Below are positions 60,901 to 64,000 of a DNA stretch of 64,000 nt, in pieces; the first letter of the stretch is position 1; each line of letters starts with the position of its first letter. This stretch comes from Eledone cirrhosa (taxonomy: Eukaryota). Where the stretch lies: assembly GCA_964016885.1 (NCBI GenBank), contig OZ024741.1, positions 164,176,001-164,240,000 on the forward strand, read 5' to 3'. A model generated the notes under the pieces. The model was given only the letters and a program-made list of their open reading frames with translations, was not told the origin of the DNA and ran no database searches. The translations under genes and the position numbers were made by a program.

Positions 60901-63900
60901 ATGTTCTCACTGAGATTAATAGCATGGTGTGATGTAGTATGGTGTAGTTTGATGTAGTTTAATGTGGTATGGTTTTCCAACCTCCAACATGCTCACAGCC
61001 GACTATGCTTTTACCATCATCATCATCATTTTACGTCCACTTTTCCCTGCTTGCAAGGATGGGATGGGAACTGATTCTGGCTTGATTTCTACAGCTGGAT
61101 GCCCTTCCTAACACCAACCTCATTTACAGTGAGTGCTGGGTGGTCTTTGCCATGGCACCTACACGACCACTTTGCAGTGGAATGATAGGGACACCAGTCC
61201 CTATCATCTCATTTCTACAGCTGTGGAAACTGGAGCAATGTGAAATAAAGTGTCTTGCTCAAGGAAACAACACACCACCTGGTCTGAGAATTGAACTCAC
61301 AACCTTTCGATTGCAAGGCCAATGCTCTAACCACTAAGCCATTTGCCTCCATTACCATATTAACAACAAATATGACTTTAACTGCAATAAAAAATGACAA
61401 GCTTTGTGAAATGTATTTCCACCCACTTTCCGCCCTCTTTTTTCTACAAAGCTAGTCATTTTCAATAGGTTTCAAAGTCTTCATCGATAATATGTGCAAA
61501 AAATAGTTAATTGCAAACACTTTTAATGTCAGATTGGGTGGTAAGCACACACACAAAAAAAGACAAAAAAAGCAGGAAGAAAATTGTTCACACTGAGTTC
61601 AATAGCATGGTGTGATGTAGTATGGTGTAGTTTGTTATGGTGTGGTTTGGTTTGGTGTAGTTTGGGTATGGTTTAGTTTGGTGTAGTTATAACATGGAAA
61701 CCTATCATAAATTAACCAAGGTATGGTATAATCTGGTTTGGTGTAGTGTAGGTTAGTGTGGTGTGGTGTGTTATTGTGTTGCATCGTATAGCGTGATTCT
61801 CTTTAAATTGAAATCATTAAAATGTAATGCCTATCTTCTATATCTTAAAGAGTGACCTTAAATGTGATTGCAAATGACTTTTTTCTCTGGATTAATGTTA
61901 GATTTAGGGTTAGTGTTAGGGTAAGTTTTACTGTTAATGGTAAGTTTATTGTTAGTGACTGTGTTACTGTTAGCATTACTGTCACTGTTAGTGTTACTGT
62001 AACTCTTACAGTTACTGTTTGCGTTACTGTCTGCATAAGCGTCTATGTAAACTTTTGTGTTAGTATCTATGTAGACTGGTGTTAGCATCTGCGTTAGTGT
62101 TTGGATTAGCCTTAGTGTTTGCGTATGGTGTCAGCATCTATGTCAGCATTTGCGTCAGCGTCTGCATTGGTGATAGTTATTGTGTCAGCATTTCCCTTAG
62201 CGTCTTAGTCAACATTAGTGTTAGCATTAGTGTTTGTTTCAGTGCCTACGTCTACATCAGCTTCTGAATCAGCATTATCATTAGCGTCCGCGTCAGCACT
62301 TGTGTCAGTGTCAGCGTTTGCATCAGCGTGCACGTCAGCATTTGCATTAGTGTTTGAGTCAGAGTTTGCATTTGTGTAGGGGTTAGCATTTGCGTCAGCA
62401 TCTGCATCAGCATTCACATTAGCATTAGCGTTTGCGACAGCGTTTCCTTTAACGTCTTTGTCAGCATTTCCATTAGCATCTGTGTCAGTGTTTCTGTTAG
62501 CTTCTACGTCAGCATTTCCGTTAGCTTCTACGTCAGTGTTTCCGTTAGCTTCTACATCAGCATCTATGTTAGCTTCTACGTCAGCGTCTACGTTAACATC
62601 TACGTCATCGTTTACGTTACCTTCTACATCAGCATCTACATTAGCTTCTACGTCAACGCTTACATTAGTGTCTGTGTCAGCGTTTACGTTAGCTTCTACG
62701 TCATCGCTTACATTAGCGTCTGCATCATCGTTTATGTTAGCGTCTGTGTCAACGTGTTAGCATCTGTGTCAGCGTTTATGTTAGCGTCTGCGTCAGTGTT
62801 TATATTAGCATCTGCATAAGTGTTTACGTTAGCATCTGTGTTAACATGTGTCAGCGTCTGCGTCAGCATTTTCATTAGTGTTTGCATCAGTGTTTGCTTT
62901 AGCTTCTACGTCAATGTTTACGTCTGCGTTAAGGTTCACATTAGCATCGCTGTCATCATTTGCATCAGCATTTGCGTTTGCTTTAACATCTGCATCAACA
63001 TTTGCGTCTGTGTTTGTATTAGTGTCTGCATTTGCTTTAGTGTTTGCATCAGTTTCAGCATTTGTGTCAGTGTCCACGTCAGCGTCAGAGTCTGTGTAGC
63101 ATTTACATCAGCGTGTGCATCAGAGTCTTTGTCAGCATTCGCCTTTGCACTTGCATCAGTATTCACCTTAGTGTTTGTGTCAGCGTAAGTGATTGTGTCA
63201 ACATTTGTGCTAGCGTTTGTGCCAGCAGAGCCATCTTCGTCAGTGTCAGCTTTGCCGTTAGTGTTTCCATTAGTGTTCATGTTAGTGTTTGATTTTGTAT
63301 TAGTGTTAGCAATTTTGTTAGTGTTAGTGCTAGCATTTTTGTTAGTGTTAGTGTTCAGGTTAATGTTGACTTAGTTTTCTGGTTATTGTTAGTTTTCAGG
63401 TTCGGGCTCATGTTACTTTTAGTGTTAGTGCTCAGGTTAGTGGTTTATGGTAGTGTTAGTTTTAGTGGTAGTGTTAGTGTTCAGGTTAATGTTCGTGTTA
63501 ATGACAGTTTTAGTGTTAGTATTTACGGTAGTGTTAGTGTTTCCATTAGTATTAGTGCTAGTCTTTGTTTTTCTGTTAATGTTAGTGTTTGTTTTAGTGT
63601 TGAGGTTAATGTTAGCTTAGTTTTCTGGTTAGTATCAGTTTTAGTGTTAGTGTTAGTTTTTATGGTAGTGTTAGTGTTATTGTTAGTGCTTAGATCAGTG
63701 TTACTGTTTATGGTAGTGTTAGTTTTAGTGCTAGTGTTTAGGTTAATGTTAGTTTTAGTGTAAGTGTTCAGATTAGTGTTAGTGTTCAAGTTATGTTAGT
63801 GTTAATGTTAGTTTTAGTGTTAAGGTTAGTGTTAGAGATTGTGTTAGTGTTTGTTTTTGTGTTAATATTTGTGTTAGTATCTCTGTTAGCATTAGTGTTA

Positions 63901-64000
63901 GTGATTGTGTTAGTGTTAGTATCTCTGTTAGTGTTAGTTTTAGTGTTAGTGTTCAGGTTAATGTTAGTGTTAGTTTTAGTGTTAAGGTTAGTGTTAGTAT
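48930..64000. repeat. Large tandem duplication, period ~7.4-7.5 kb, about two units, continuing past the window end
   Basis: 51147-56560 recurs at ~58500-63350, including the same SINE insertion (53513 and 61015); contains (GTTAGT)n-like, (GCGTCA)n-like, (GTGTG)n-like and 18-bp arrays. Confidence 0.93.
51517..52528 (-). pseudogene. Putative three-exon relic encoding a charged low-complexity peptide (second copy ~58870-59943)
   Basis: ttttctatttcgtag|52528-52481|gtaagt; tttatatttag|52071-51971|gtatga; tttttggtatttag|51671...; purine-rich exons; in-frame stop in the middle exon. Confidence 0.45.

Noticed and set aside
49639-63789. Many ORFs of Val/Leu/Ser or Thr/Asn/Ala/Asp dipeptide character
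   Set aside because: Products of hexamer-period simple repeats; open in several frames on both strands and broken differently in each unit.

Overview
This is a eukaryotic, repeat-saturated window with no intact host gene that I can support. The SINE families and microsatellite style suggest an invertebrate, probably an octopus-like cephalopod (inference). It is a nest of decayed transposons: Penelope-like elements (PLEs), RTE, CR1 and Tx1/L1 LINEs, a Gypsy LTR element, two Helitron RepHel relics plus non-autonomous Helitrons, hAT, Merlin and mariner fragments, and two tRNA-derived SINE families. It ends in a ~7.4-7.5 kb tandemly duplicated low-complexity block. The most notable signal is non-coding: at least six well-formed type I hammerhead ribozyme (HHR) folds plus two weaker ones, identified by eye. 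They occur in three architectures: a direct-repeat retrozyme-like unit with a 560-nt HHR spacing (46956-47701), a ~510-bp element with two outward-facing inverted HHRs (18399-18912), and a ~230-bp fold-back element with one HHR plus its own antisense half (47809-48042) that matches the HHR next to a Penelope ORF (17223-17291). All calls come from visual motif recognition; no database searches or folding programs were run.
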